58,737 bases of DNA from a virus. The stretch spans positions 1-58,737 of the IMG/VR virus record IMGVR_UViG_3300000968_000001. One strand, given 5' to 3'. A program made the translations under genes and the position numbers. This document shows positions 8,126 to 16,651 of the stretch, piece after piece; position 1 is the stretch's first letter; the number at the start of each line of letters is the position of its first letter. The notes under the pieces were generated by a model. That model had not been told where the DNA came from. It saw only the letters and a list, made by a program, of their open reading frames with translations, and did no database searches.

Positions 8126-8428
8126 ATGGAGGAAATGAAGGTGAAGGAGTTTAGTGTATGTAATGCGGATTATTTCTTAAAGCAGATTACTGGGGATGAA
8201 GTTGCAAAATTTAGGCTGAATGGGTCAAAACTCATTCCTATTTACCCATTCATGTATAGCGAAGGATTAGAGTATAAGAAACTCAAGAGATTAGAGTATG
8301 GCTCAGAATTAATGATCGTGAGTAATCCTGATTATAATAAGAAAAGAGAAAGTGATGACCTAGTATATTGCTTAACTTACCGAAAAGAAAGCGACACCTT
8401 GGTTAGTGGATACCTAGTGAGGGATTAA
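8126..8428 (+). CDS. Hypothetical protein (100 aa)
   Basis: ORF 8015..8428; the ATG at 8126 follows the upstream stop by 1 nt. Confidence 0.55.
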   Translation: MEEMKVKEFSVCNADYFLKQITGDEVAKFRLNGSKLIPIYPFMYSEGLEYKKLKRLEYGSELMIVSNPDYNKKRESDDLVYCLTYRKESDTLVSGYLVRD

Positions 8429-8429
8429 T

Positions 8430-8606
8430 ATGGATATATCAGAACAGGAAGACGCGCTCTACAATGAGCTTTACGCTATGATTATGAGGTTCAGTTCAAC
8501 GAATGGAGAGTTTGACCCAACTGCATACCAAGCAATCGGAGCAATGGAGAAAGTTAAAATAGACCTACTTACCGATTGGGATGTAGTCCACGAAGACTTT
8601 GAATAA
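8430..8606 (+). CDS. Hypothetical protein (58 aa, MDISEQEDALYNELYAMIMRF...)
   Basis: ATG 1 nt after the upstream TAA; below the track cutoff; followed by a strong hairpin. Confidence 0.45.
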   Translation: MDISEQEDALYNELYAMIMRFSSTNGEFDPTAYQAIGAMEKVKIDLLTDWDVVHEDFE

Positions 8607-8610
8607 AAAA

Positions 8611-8641
8611 CAGGTAGCGTCACCCCAAGAAACGCTACCTG
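8611..8641. terminator. 10-bp hairpin (caggtagcgt/acgctacctg) between the TerL operon and the portal
   Basis: Perfect 10-bp stem and 11-nt loop; A6 upstream but only a weak T tract downstream. Confidence 0.4.
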
Positions 8642-8724
8642 TTAAACAATGAATATAACAACAGAACACGAAGTAATATTGATATGCGTAATTAAAGCAC
8701 ACACATAAAAAGAAGTCAAACCAA

Positions 8725-8748
8725 AAGCACGCTGTGAAGCGTCCTGAA
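8725..8748 (+). promoter_or_regulatory. Conserved 24-mer AAGCACGCTGTGAAGCGTCCTGAA, copy 2
   Basis: Exact repeat of 5393..5416; its last A is the A of the portal ATG. Confidence 0.7.
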
Positions 8749-11051
8749 TGATGAAAACAAAAATAAAAACCAAGTCACGGTTCTTTAAGTCTATTGAAGA
8801 AATCGAAAGGAAGCGCGAGCAGTATGATACTGTTGAAAAGCAAAGAGAGAGAAGATTCTTAAACGCAGTTCAGCGATTCTTTGCTGGGCTATCACAATTA
8901 CAGCAGAAGTATAAGCTCTCAGAGTGCGATGAAGAGGATGAGATTACGAATTACTTGATCGGATTCCCACTAATCCAAGCGCACAGAGATCAATACGCTG
9001 ATATGTTCAATGGCACAAATCGCCTCGTGCAGGTTCATTGCGTCAATACAGGGGATGTTAATCAAGAGGATCGTGACGGGAGAATCATCACGGAGGAGTT
9101 TAACAAACATATCATTAATTACGGCAAGGAAATTCCTAACCTCCTGAAGAGGATTTGCGATGAAGAGATGTTGTGCGGAGTAGCTATCTCGGTTCTCCCT
9201 GAGACAATGGGCTACATTCCTAATATTGAGCGTGACATAATCTTTCCTGAACACACGCGAATGGAGTCGAAAGATTTATCATTCTTCTGGCGACCTGTAA
9301 ACCTCTCCACAAAAGATCTGCTAGAATACGCTAACGACCCTAATGAGGAAGATAAGGACTACATCAATAAGGAAGCGATTAAAGGACTCCTAGAAGAGAT
9401 CGAGGAGAATATCAAGAATGGCGGTCGAGGAAGTGGATTCTGGAACAATGGGCAAACAGGCTCATATACTAAAGATTATCATAATGGATATGATGAGTTC
9501 TACACAGTTCCCACAGATCGAGATCTTCCCGCTCAGTGGTATTATGAAGTTCAAGAGGACGGAAGCTTAAGCAAGACCCTATACATTGAGAATCCCAGAA
9601 ACACCAAGAGCAATACGGAGATCATGTATATCAAGGGAGATGAGAAGATTCTAGCAGAAGACCTCATCGACTTCGCGAGCGTGCAAACCATGTTTGGTGG
9701 TGACGAGTATTTAGAATCAGCAGTTGGCTACATGCAACTCATCTATAACTTTTCCCTAGAGGAGACGGAAATGATTAACCGTGCGGCTGATCATATTAAT
9801 GAAAAGTTAAATGATGCCTTTGTCTTGGACGAGAATATCACATCTAAGGATGAAGCTAACCGATATGACAGACAACACAGCAAGTATCGTCCTGCTGGAT
9901 TGATGCGAGATAAAGATATGCCACGGATGCAGGAGTCGTTCCAGCTTATGGACTGGCTATCGCGAAAGTCAGAGCAGATCACAGGCACAACCCAGAGCAA
10001 TGCCCTAACCACGGATGGAAGATTCTCAGCAGAGTTTAAGCAGCAGGTAGCAGTCAATGGGAACAAGATGAAGACACTCGCGGCTATCCGTTACCGCAAC
10101 ATGCAACACCTCTTCCGAAAGATATTTATCCACGTTCTTAGAATGTGTGATGACATGGATAGAGTCGAAGAGATTAAGCCCCATGGATGGGAAGGTGTTA
10201 AGATATTCAAGGATTGCTTAAAACGAAAAGGAGTAAACCTCAAGAAATACAGCAAGCGTCTAGGAGGTCGCTTAAAGCACCTAGAAGTCAAAATAGATAA
10301 GGTTTTAGCACCTGGCGACCCACAATCATTCGAGGTGGAATCGGAGTCATTAATGAGCTTGCTACAGCACCTAGATCCCGTGGCGAGAAACCTCGCTAAA
10401 TATAAGCTTCTAGCCTCTAGGCATGGTTCAGACCACGCTGACGAACTCATGGGTAACACCCAAAAGCTCTCTGAGGTAACGCGAGATCAAGAGGAGCTTG
10501 CTTGGCTTAAGGTCTTCAAAATTAAAGAGAAAGCGGGAACTAACCAAAATGTTGAGATCGAGAATGGAACAGTCCACCAGTTGCACGCACTGGTCATGTT
10601 CCAAGCCCTAGAAGGGATGATTAATAAGGCGCAGATGGGGAGGCCGTGGACAGGCGCAGACACCCTAGAAGCGTCAGCCATCAATAACCACGCTGTAAAC
10701 CTAATTAATGCAGTGATGGAGCAAGGCTATGAGATGGAGGCTAAAGTTCTATACGAGCAATTTCTAACCTATCAGGAGGCTATTAAACAACTCTCAGCGG
10801 TTGCTGATCAACAATCACAACAGCAATCAAGCTCAGAGGATGAAATAAGAGCACATGAGTTAGCTCTAAAGATTCAGAGACTAGAGCTAGATCGGGATAA
10901 ATTCCAACTAGCACAAGCAAACATCCAGCGACTTCAGCAGAGTAATCAACTCAATGACCAACTGAAGATTAACAAGCATCAGGCTGATAATGTCTTCAAG
11001 GCAGAGAACCTAAGAATCCAAGATAAAAACGCATCACGAAATGAACGCTAA
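8748..11051 (+). CDS. Portal protein (putative)
   Basis: 767 aa, sits between TerL and the scaffold-like gene, Gln-rich coiled-coil C-terminus. Assigned by size and synteny only. Confidence 0.6.
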   Translation: MMKTKIKTKSRFFKSIEEIERKREQYDTVEKQRERRFLNAVQRFFAGLSQLQQKYKLSECDEEDEITNYLIGFPLIQAHRDQYADMFNGTNRLVQVHCVNTGDVNQEDRDGRIITEEFNKHIINYGKEIPNLLKRICDEEMLCGVAISVLPETMGYIPNIERDIIFPEHTRMESKDLSFFWRPVNLSTKDLLEYANDPNEEDKDYINKEAIKGLLEEIEENIKNGGRGSGFWNNGQTGSYTKDYHNGYDEFYTVPTDRDLPAQWYYEVQEDGSLSKTLYIENPRNTKSNTEIMYIKGDEKILAEDLIDFASVQTMFGGDEYLESAVGYMQLIYNFSLEETEMINRAADHINEKLNDAFVLDENITSKDEANRYDRQHSKYRPAGLMRDKDMPRMQESFQLMDWLSRKSEQITGTTQSNALTTDGRFSAEFKQQVAVNGNKMKTLAAIRYRNMQHLFRKIFIHVLRMCDDMDRVEEIKPHGWEGVKIFKDCLKRKGVNLKKYSKRLGGRLKHLEVKIDKVLAPGDPQSFEVESESLMSLLQHLDPVARNLAKYKLLASRHGSDHADELMGNTQKLSEVTRDQEELAWLKVFKIKEKAGTNQNVEIENGTVHQLHALVMFQALEGMINKAQMGRPWTGADTLEASAINNHAVNLINAVMEQGYEMEAKVLYEQFLTYQEAIKQLSAVADQQSQQQSSSEDEIRAHELALKIQRLELDRDKFQLAQANIQRLQQSNQLNDQLKINKHQADNVFKAENLRIQDKNASRNER

Positions 11052-11274
11052 ACAAGAATGGCAAACTATAGATACCGCGCCAGAAGGAGAAGAAATAATC
11101 CTTCATGGGAAGAAGTGGGGAGGAGACTTTATAACGATGGTAGGGCAAATAGAAAAAATAAGAGGTTCTAGGTATATAAACCCTATTGGAGCTGATGGTT
11201 ACAATGTGGAGCCTAGTCTCGACCGTGAAAACGTAACCCACTGGATGCCTCTACCCCAACCACCGACAACTTAA
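11041..11274 (+). CDS. DUF551-like small protein
   Basis: W..IDTAPEGEEIIL...VTHWMPLPQPP pattern typical of DUF551. Confidence 0.5.
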   Translation: MNAKQEWQTIDTAPEGEEIILHGKKWGGDFITMVGQIEKIRGSRYINPIGADGYNVEPSLDRENVTHWMPLPQPPTT

Positions 11275-11275
11275 T

Positions 11276-11539
11276 ATGACAGCTAAAGAATACTTAGAAA
11301 AGAACTTAGGGGGGCTAGCTTTAAGCAAAAGCCACAACAAAGCCATTAAGATCAAAGCAATGGTAGATATAGGGTTAATCCCTGTCCTACAGGAGCTTAT
11401 CGAGGATTACACCGATATGGCAGAAACCGATAATGAGCTATGGCAAGCAAAAGGCATTGTCCGAGCATTGGGAGATATTCGCGCCCTAAACCAATACGCT
11501 CTCATGAGCCAAGACGAAGAATCTAAAAAAACTAAATAA
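11276..11539 (+). CDS. Hypothetical protein (87 aa)
   Basis: ATG ORF tightly packed in the head operon. Confidence 0.55.
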   Translation: MTAKEYLEKNLGGLALSKSHNKAIKIKAMVDIGLIPVLQELIEDYTDMAETDNELWQAKGIVRALGDIRALNQYALMSQDEESKKTK

Positions 11540-11541
11540 TC

Positions 11542-12999
11542 ATGTCAAAACATCAAGATAACAAGAACGAAGCTAGTGATGAACTCGCAAGCTTACTAGG
11601 AGAACAAGACCCTACATTTGCTATGCCTAATAACACTCAGCGTAGCACACCAAGCCCAGAAAAGGAAGAAGTGGAGGAGGTTGTAGAAGTCGAGCCAAAA
11701 CAAACTGAAGGGCTAGATGGAAATGGCATTCCGCTTTCCACGGAGCCTAGCGAGGAGATTCCATCGGATGATGATGACCTAAAGAAAGAAATCGAAGCAT
11801 TAAGTGCTGAAGAGTTTTCTGAGGAGAAGCCTAAAGAAGATGATGGAACAGACTGGTCAGAGCTAGAGGAGTTTTCCCCAGAGGATTACACCAATAAAGA
11901 AAAGATCCCCGCTATCCGAGAAGATAACCGCAAGAAGTCACTAGAAGCGAAGAGACTACGTGAAGAGAAGATTCAGTATGAGAGTCAGCTTGAGGAGTTA
12001 CAGGCTAAGGTTCAAGATTACGAACAGAAGGTTAAGAGTCAAGAGCCAGTAGTTAACGCACATGAAGATCCTGAGTGGCAGCGCATCAATACCGAGGTAG
12101 TCTCCAAAGCTAAAGCGTTTGATAACGACCTCATGCTAACTACAGGATCATCTATACCTCTCGCTTCAGGCGAAAGGTTTGAGAGTTTGTTCACTGAGTA
12201 TCAGCAGGTCAATGATGACGCACAGAGCAAGCGGGAATTCCTAATGAAAGCATCCCTAGAGCTAATGGGGAAAAGTGATTCCATCACGGATAATATCATT
12301 GATGGAGAGTGGGATATTAAATCTACGTTATCAGAGCTAGAGCCAGATGAACGAATCTCTGTAACACAGGCGATTAAGAGCTTGGATGGAGTCCTATCTT
12401 TTGCTTCAGAGTCATCCTCTAAGCTTCGTAAAATCGAGGCTGATATTAATGAGAACTCAGGCAAGTATCTAGCAGAGTCACGTATCAAGAAGTATGAGGA
12501 AAGCTCAACCAGCTTCCGTGAGTCGCTTAAGGGAGTAGGCATCTTAGATGAACAAGCGGTAGAGAGTGACCCTAACTCATTCAGCGCATTCATTCATGAG
12601 CGTATGTCCGACCCTAAGAACAAGGGGAATATCGAAAGCGCAATCAAGATGCACACGGAATATAAGCATGGTCGCCCGCAGATTAGCGAGAAGGTTTATG
12701 AGAGCTTTGAGCTTGAAGGCAAAGACCGCAAGTATGTCGATAAGATGGCTGATGAGGCGCATTCTAAGAGGGTGGCTAGCATGGATAAAGAGATTCACAT
12801 GTATCTCTCTAACCGCGAGTTAATCCAAGAAGCTGTCCGTCAATACAACAAGGCGCAGAAGAAAGCAGAACTCAAAAAGAAAGAGAAGAAGCAGGTGAGC
12901 AGCGCAGAGACATTACCTACTCGAAAGGAGTCCACATCTAAAGATTCGGGTGATGTAGACCACTTAGCCTCACTTCTTAATTTCAACCCTAGACGATAA
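11542..12999 (+). CDS. Scaffolding-like protein (acidic, coiled coil, no Cys noticed)
   Basis: Highly acidic, E/K-rich 485-aa product located between portal and capsid. Confidence 0.45.
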   Translation: MSKHQDNKNEASDELASLLGEQDPTFAMPNNTQRSTPSPEKEEVEEVVEVEPKQTEGLDGNGIPLSTEPSEEIPSDDDDLKKEIEALSAEEFSEEKPKEDDGTDWSELEEFSPEDYTNKEKIPAIREDNRKKSLEAKRLREEKIQYESQLEELQAKVQDYEQKVKSQEPVVNAHEDPEWQRINTEVVSKAKAFDNDLMLTTGSSIPLASGERFESLFTEYQQVNDDAQSKREFLMKASLELMGKSDSITDNIIDGEWDIKSTLSELEPDERISVTQAIKSLDGVLSFASESSSKLRKIEADINENSGKYLAESRIKKYEESSTSFRESLKGVGILDEQAVESDPNSFSAFIHERMSDPKNKGNIESAIKMHTEYKHGRPQISEKVYESFELEGKDRKYVDKMADEAHSKRVASMDKEIHMYLSNRELIQEAVRQYNKAQKKAELKKKEKKQVSSAETLPTRKESTSKDSGDVDHLASLLNFNPRR

Positions 13000-13243
13000 G
13001 GGTTGACAGAGATAGTAATCATTAGCTATAACTGCTGAAGAGAAAAAAGTAAGGGTGCGCGAACATCCCCACTTTAGTTCATTAGATGAGCATTTCTCAG
13101 AACCGATCAAGCTGTAAAAACAGCCTTACTAGTTCGTTGATTATTGGCATAATCTTCAGGCTCCACACGGTTACCACTAACTTTGTGGAGTCTGTTTTAT
13201 AATTATTGACTGACTATTGATTTGTAGTATCTTAATAAAGCAA

Positions 13244-13334
13244 GCCCTCCAAGCCTCTGATACATCAAGGACGTGTTATAGACTCGCAAGCGGATCATTA
13301 CCGCGTTTAGTGTATCGTGCTTAATTTGGAGGGC
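13244..13334 (+). ncRNA. Candidate structured RNA closed by a 9-bp helix (gccctccaa/ttggagggc)
   Basis: Nested pairings gataca/tgtatc (13259-64/13311-16) and gcgg/ccgc (13290-93/13301-04). A TTGACT-N16-TATCTT box at 13206-13233 would start transcription near the helix. Confidence 0.2.
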
Positions 13335-13472
13335 GTTCAAATTATAAAGGACATTGACTTAAATTTCATATATTTACCCCTTCCACTGACAGTCTTCCGC
13401 TGTAATGGGGATCACGAATAAACGTGTGAGTCTTTAGATCGTGCGCGTGCGACTATCGGTTAGGGTTTTATA

Positions 13473-13500
13473 TTGACTAAAAAATATGTTTGATTATATT
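13473..13500 (+). promoter_or_regulatory. Sigma70-like promoter TTGACT-N16-TATATT upstream of the tRNA/HNH cluster
   Basis: Hexamers read directly from the sequence. Two further ATTGACT boxes at 13206 and 13354. Confidence 0.3.
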
Positions 13501-13561
13501 ACTACTCATCACAATTAGATTTATCTCATCAAGTTGATTCTTGGTTAGCTGAATTGTATTT

Positions 13562-13624
13562 TAACTCCGTAATATCGAAGGCTTACGTTATGCATAATCT
13601 ATTGATGTAGGTATTGCGGAGTTA
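13562..13624. other. Long hairpin (12 bp including one G-U) enclosing the palindrome TTATGCATAA
   Basis: taactccgtaat (13562-73) pairs with attgcggagtta (13613-24); the inner 10-nt perfect palindrome is at 13588-13597. Confidence 0.4.
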
Positions 13625-13732
13625 TGACACTGGGAAAGACTAGATTAAATGCTATTCCAGAGAATCCCGACTCATAATCGATGCGAAGAACTCTTTAATG
13701 TGGGAGTCATTAGATTAGCTCCATAATGAATC

Positions 13733-13805
13733 ATTCCTGTAGCTCAATGGTTAGAGCGGGCGACTCATAATCGCTAGGTTCTCGGTTCAAGTCCGAGCGG
13801 GAGTA
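13733..13805 (+). tRNA. tRNA with anticodon CAT (elongator Met, or Ile2 if lysidine-modified)
   Basis: Hand-folded cloverleaf: acceptor ATTCCTG/CGGGAGT, D arm GCTC-AATGGTTA-GAGC, anticodon arm GGCGA-CTCATAA-TCGCT, T arm CTCGG-TTCAAGT-CCGAG, discriminator A; no encoded CCA. Confidence 0.85.
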
Positions 13806-13812
13806 TCCTAAA

Positions 13813-13852
13813 GCGCATGTGGCCAAGTGGTTAAGGCGGAGGTTTGCAAAAC
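13813..13852 (+). pseudogene. Truncated tRNA-Cys(GCA) 5' half (acceptor to anticodon loop + 2 nt)
   Basis: GCGCATG-TG-GCC-AAGTGGTTAA-GGC-G-GAGGT-TTGCAAA-AC, after which homology stops. No ACCTC partner, T arm or 3' acceptor follows locally. Confidence 0.6.
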
Positions 13853-13868
13853 AAAATAAAATAAACGA

Positions 13869-14339
13869 ATGAAGAAATTGAAATTTTACAAAAGGATCAG
13901 AGTCGATGGAAAGACAGTCCTTGAGCATAGGCACTTGATGGAGGTCAGTATAGGGAGAAAATTAAAAACCTTAGAGCATGTCCACCATAAGGATGGAGAT
14001 ATATTTAATAATGATCTGAGTAACTTGGAAGTTTTGAGCGCATCTGATCACGCTAGATTACACTTTACAAAAACTAACAAGACTTATTCAAAATGCGAAC
14101 TTTGTGATGAGGTGTGTGATGGCTCAAGGAGGTTTTGTGGCGTAAAGTGCTTTGACTTATGGAGGTCGAGCCTTATTCCAGATAAGGAGACTATAGTATC
14201 AGACCTCCTTTCTAGCGAGACATTTACATCACTAGGCAAGAAGCACGGAGTTAGTTGTAACGCATTCAGGAAGTGGTGTGTAAAGTATGGCTTGCCTAGC
14301 AGACTCAAAGAGAGGAAGCATTGGGTATTATCTCATTAA
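13869..14339 (+). CDS. HNH homing-type endonuclease
   Basis: LEHRHLME...LEHVHHKDGDIFNNDLSNLEVLSASDHARLH (HNH_3-like) plus a C-terminal Cys/HTH-like region; sits between the tRNA-Cys half and the full tRNA-Cys. Confidence 0.85.
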   Translation: MKKLKFYKRIRVDGKTVLEHRHLMEVSIGRKLKTLEHVHHKDGDIFNNDLSNLEVLSASDHARLHFTKTNKTYSKCELCDEVCDGSRRFCGVKCFDLWRSSLIPDKETIVSDLLSSETFTSLGKKHGVSCNAFRKWCVKYGLPSRLKERKHWVLSH

Positions 14340-14346
14340 TTTTAAA

Positions 14347-14426
14347 GCGTGTGTGCCTGAGTGGTCTAAAGGGTTCGATTGCAAATCGAATATTATTCGT
14401 GAGTTCAAATCTCTCCATGCGCTCCA
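14347..14426 (+). tRNA. tRNA-Cys (anticodon GCA) with encoded CCA
   Basis: Acceptor GCGTGTG/CATGCGC (two G-U pairs), D arm CCT-...-AGG with GG in the loop, anticodon arm TTCGA-TTGCAAA-TCGAA, T arm GTGAG-TTCAAAT-CTCTC (one T-T mismatch), unusual 8-nt variable region, T + CCA. Confidence 0.75.
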
Positions 14427-14435
14427 ATTACTCTC

Positions 14436-14456
14436 ATTAAACTGATTGTGGCTACA
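14436..14456 (-). promoter_or_regulatory. Conserved 21-mer, copy 2 (reverse orientation), 8 nt upstream of the TTGACA of the capsid promoter
   Basis: attaaactgattgtggctaca is the exact reverse complement of TGTAGCCACAATCAGTTTAAT. Confidence 0.7.
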
Positions 14457-14464
14457 TTTCTTGT

Positions 14465-14493
14465 TTGACAAAACCGCATCAATAGTTTATAAG
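14465..14493 (+). promoter_or_regulatory. Sigma70-like promoter TTGACA-N17-TATAAG for the capsid-like gene
   Basis: Consensus -35, 17-nt spacer, 5/6 -10, followed by a roughly 200-nt hairpin-rich leader before the ATG at 14698. Confidence 0.5.
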
Positions 14494-14697
14494 GGGTATT
14501 CAAGGCTTACGAACTCCCTATTCCAAAGGGAGCAACTGCATAAGAAATAAAGAGAACTTGGCGTAGATGGATCAGCCACCATCCTCAACACATTTCAAAG
14601 CGGTGGATAGGGTTAGCATACTATCTGGAAAAGGAAATTAGAAACCAATCGGGAAATCCGTTTGGTAAACTTATTTAATCTTAAACCAGATAGAAAA

Positions 14698-16638
14698 ATG
14701 TCAGAAATTTGCTACGATAAAATCCCTGCGGCTATTTACGCCGACAAAGAAAGAAACCAACGATTCTTAATGGATCGTGAAAGAGCCAAGTGGTCTGAGA
14801 CAGATGTTCTCGATAAAGTGGCTTTCCAAGGCCAAATCTCACCTACTACAAACCTAAACATCGTCAAGATGTCTAAGTCTATGGCTTGTCCAGTAGGGTT
14901 TAGTGAAAAGAACTACCAACTAGAGGAGTGCCAACCAGACAATTACGAAGTAGGAACACAAACAGGACGAACTAATTGCGGAGGTGACTCAGAATGCGCT
15001 ACGCAAGAAACCTTAGTTACAAAGAAAGATGGTTCATGTCGCCCTGAGATGTGCGAGATTCCATACGCTCAAGGACACCGCGTTATTGAGCCTTTTGATT
15101 GGAAAGGAGCATTTAAGTCTCAGACCATGTGCGCTGAAGAACTTTATAACCACGGAGGATCACAACACCTTTATGATTACAATGAGGCCGTAAAAGAGCA
15201 CTTCTCTGATTGGCTTACATATAACTATCAGATGAACCTCCTTAACGAGCTTGGGTTGCGTGCAGAATCAAACTCCTCGGAAGGTTGGTCAAATAACGGA
15301 TCAGTTGCATCTAAATACACTTGGCACGGAAAACCTAAAGGTTACCTGTCTATCTCACACCTTAAGCAGTTGCGTAAAGTACTTCATATCAGAGGTGGAC
15401 TAAATGAAGGAAAACTTCGCCTAGAAGGCCCGATGGAGGACTTTATTCGCGCTATCCAAGACTACGAATGCAATGTTCTCGGCAAGCAGTTCTGTGATGT
15501 TTCTTATAACCGTGTCCAATACGAAGATAAAGAAGGAATGCTTCGCGGTCGTGAATACATCGAGTACGAAGGGATTTGCTACTACCGTAATGAATATCCA
15601 CGTAAAGCAATCTGGATCCAGAAAGGTAAATCAGCTTCACTTAAGTATATCTATCCATATGTTGACTCAACAGAAGCGGCTGAAGTCGGATTAATGAAGG
15701 AGGATAACGATGAATACTACGGTGAGTATGTTTACTGTGATGGGTCGTATCACGACCTTATCACAATCTATGATTTCATTCACCCGATGTCATCTAAACG
15801 CTGGACTCTCGATAAACCTATTAACCCTGAGAGTGACAACACCTCAACAGGACTTGAGCTTCACGTAGCTAAAGAGTGGCAAATTCCTTGCAATATCAAT
15901 AAGGATAAGTGGTTCTACTACTCACGCCCTCGTATGAGACACCTCGTTGAATACCCAGAGCATCTAGGCTTCCACCTTGCACTATCACGTGATACAGGCG
16001 GCGGGGAAATTGTTGTTACCACCAAAACATCCAGAATTCCAACTGACAATACCAAGTGCGGAATTCCAACAGTGCCACCTAAGTATGATACATGCGCTGA
16101 TGATGGTTCATGCGCTGAGTGTGATGACACAACTACTTGTGAGGCAGTAACGGCGAGCATCGTTCCATGCCCTAATAAGGAGCTATACTATGAAGGAGTG
16201 TTTGCTGACGGTGACACGCAAGAAGCGGCATACCGCATTGAACTATCTGCACCAGCGTGTGAGGATGGAACAATCGACTACGCCTTCGTTGATGGTGATG
16301 CAGTATTCGGAACTAACTACGATGTAGCTAGTGGCCAAACTGGAACAATTAACGTTGTCGCGGGAGATGCTGAAATCGTAGTGCCATTCACCGTTCTAGG
16401 AGTTGATCCTGACGCTGACGGCGATGCAGATCCAGCAACTATCTCTAAAGTATCTGGAACACTCACTCTCACAGGAGCAACTGGAGGAGTAGAGCTTGCA
16501 ACAGATTGCGTAGAGTCCACCTTCTGCATTATCGATAACTCTAGCGAGTGCGGTAGTGAAGAGTGTGGCGCGGATGCTGATTGCCCTAACTGCACAGGAA
16601 CAGGAAGCGCAGTAGGAGGCGGAACAACAAATCCTTAA
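14698..16638 (+). CDS. Putative major capsid protein with a Cys/Asp-rich C-terminal extension
   Basis: A single gene bracketed by a strong promoter and terminator, downstream of portal and scaffold. About 26 Cys by hand count. No fold-level evidence. Confidence 0.5.
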   Translation: MSEICYDKIPAAIYADKERNQRFLMDRERAKWSETDVLDKVAFQGQISPTTNLNIVKMSKSMACPVGFSEKNYQLEECQPDNYEVGTQTGRTNCGGDSECATQETLVTKKDGSCRPEMCEIPYAQGHRVIEPFDWKGAFKSQTMCAEELYNHGGSQHLYDYNEAVKEHFSDWLTYNYQMNLLNELGLRAESNSSEGWSNNGSVASKYTWHGKPKGYLSISHLKQLRKVLHIRGGLNEGKLRLEGPMEDFIRAIQDYECNVLGKQFCDVSYNRVQYEDKEGMLRGREYIEYEGICYYRNEYPRKAIWIQKGKSASLKYIYPYVDSTEAAEVGLMKEDNDEYYGEYVYCDGSYHDLITIYDFIHPMSSKRWTLDKPINPESDNTSTGLELHVAKEWQIPCNINKDKWFYYSRPRMRHLVEYPEHLGFHLALSRDTGGGEIVVTTKTSRIPTDNTKCGIPTVPPKYDTCADDGSCAECDDTTTCEAVTASIVPCPNKELYYEGVFADGDTQEAAYRIELSAPACEDGTIDYAFVDGDAVFGTNYDVASGQTGTINVVAGDAEIVVPFTVLGVDPDADGDADPATISKVSGTLTLTGATGGVELATDCVESTFCIIDNSSECGSEECGADADCPNCTGTGSAVGGGTTNP

Positions 16639-16651
16639 TCCATAACAACTA

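Noticed and set aside
8649-8708. 19-aa mini-ORF MNITTEHEVILICVIKAHT resembling the N-terminus of 44447..44992 (MNITTEEINILIL)
   Set aside because: It is too short to call. The similarity is confined to ~20 nt and includes the recurrent AAACAATGAATA start context, so it is probably a start-region remnant or coincidence.
9791-10459. Long antisense ORFs inside large genes (for example 9791..10066, 10091..10459, 36201..36611, 39303..39659, 47775..48176, 49744..50094)
   Set aside because: All lie fully within longer, motif-bearing ORFs on the other strand and have S/L/C/R-rich shadow composition. No independent signals support them.
13640-13732. A second tRNA(CAT) suggested by the 13-nt match cgactcataatcg to the tRNA-Met anticodon arm
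   Set aside because: The flanks provide no D arm, no T arm (no GTTCRANNC) and no acceptor pairing. Only 3 bp of anticodon stem can form. It is treated as a remnant.
13813-14426. Possibility that the HNH ORF is a group I intron splitting a single tRNA-Cys in the anticodon loop
   Set aside because: The downstream copy is a complete tRNA with its own 5' acceptor, D arm and self-consistent anticodon stem (TTCGA/TCGAA). The upstream half's anticodon stem GAGGT has no ACCTC partner anywhere downstream. I could not see group I core helices. A duplication or gene-conversion scar fits better.
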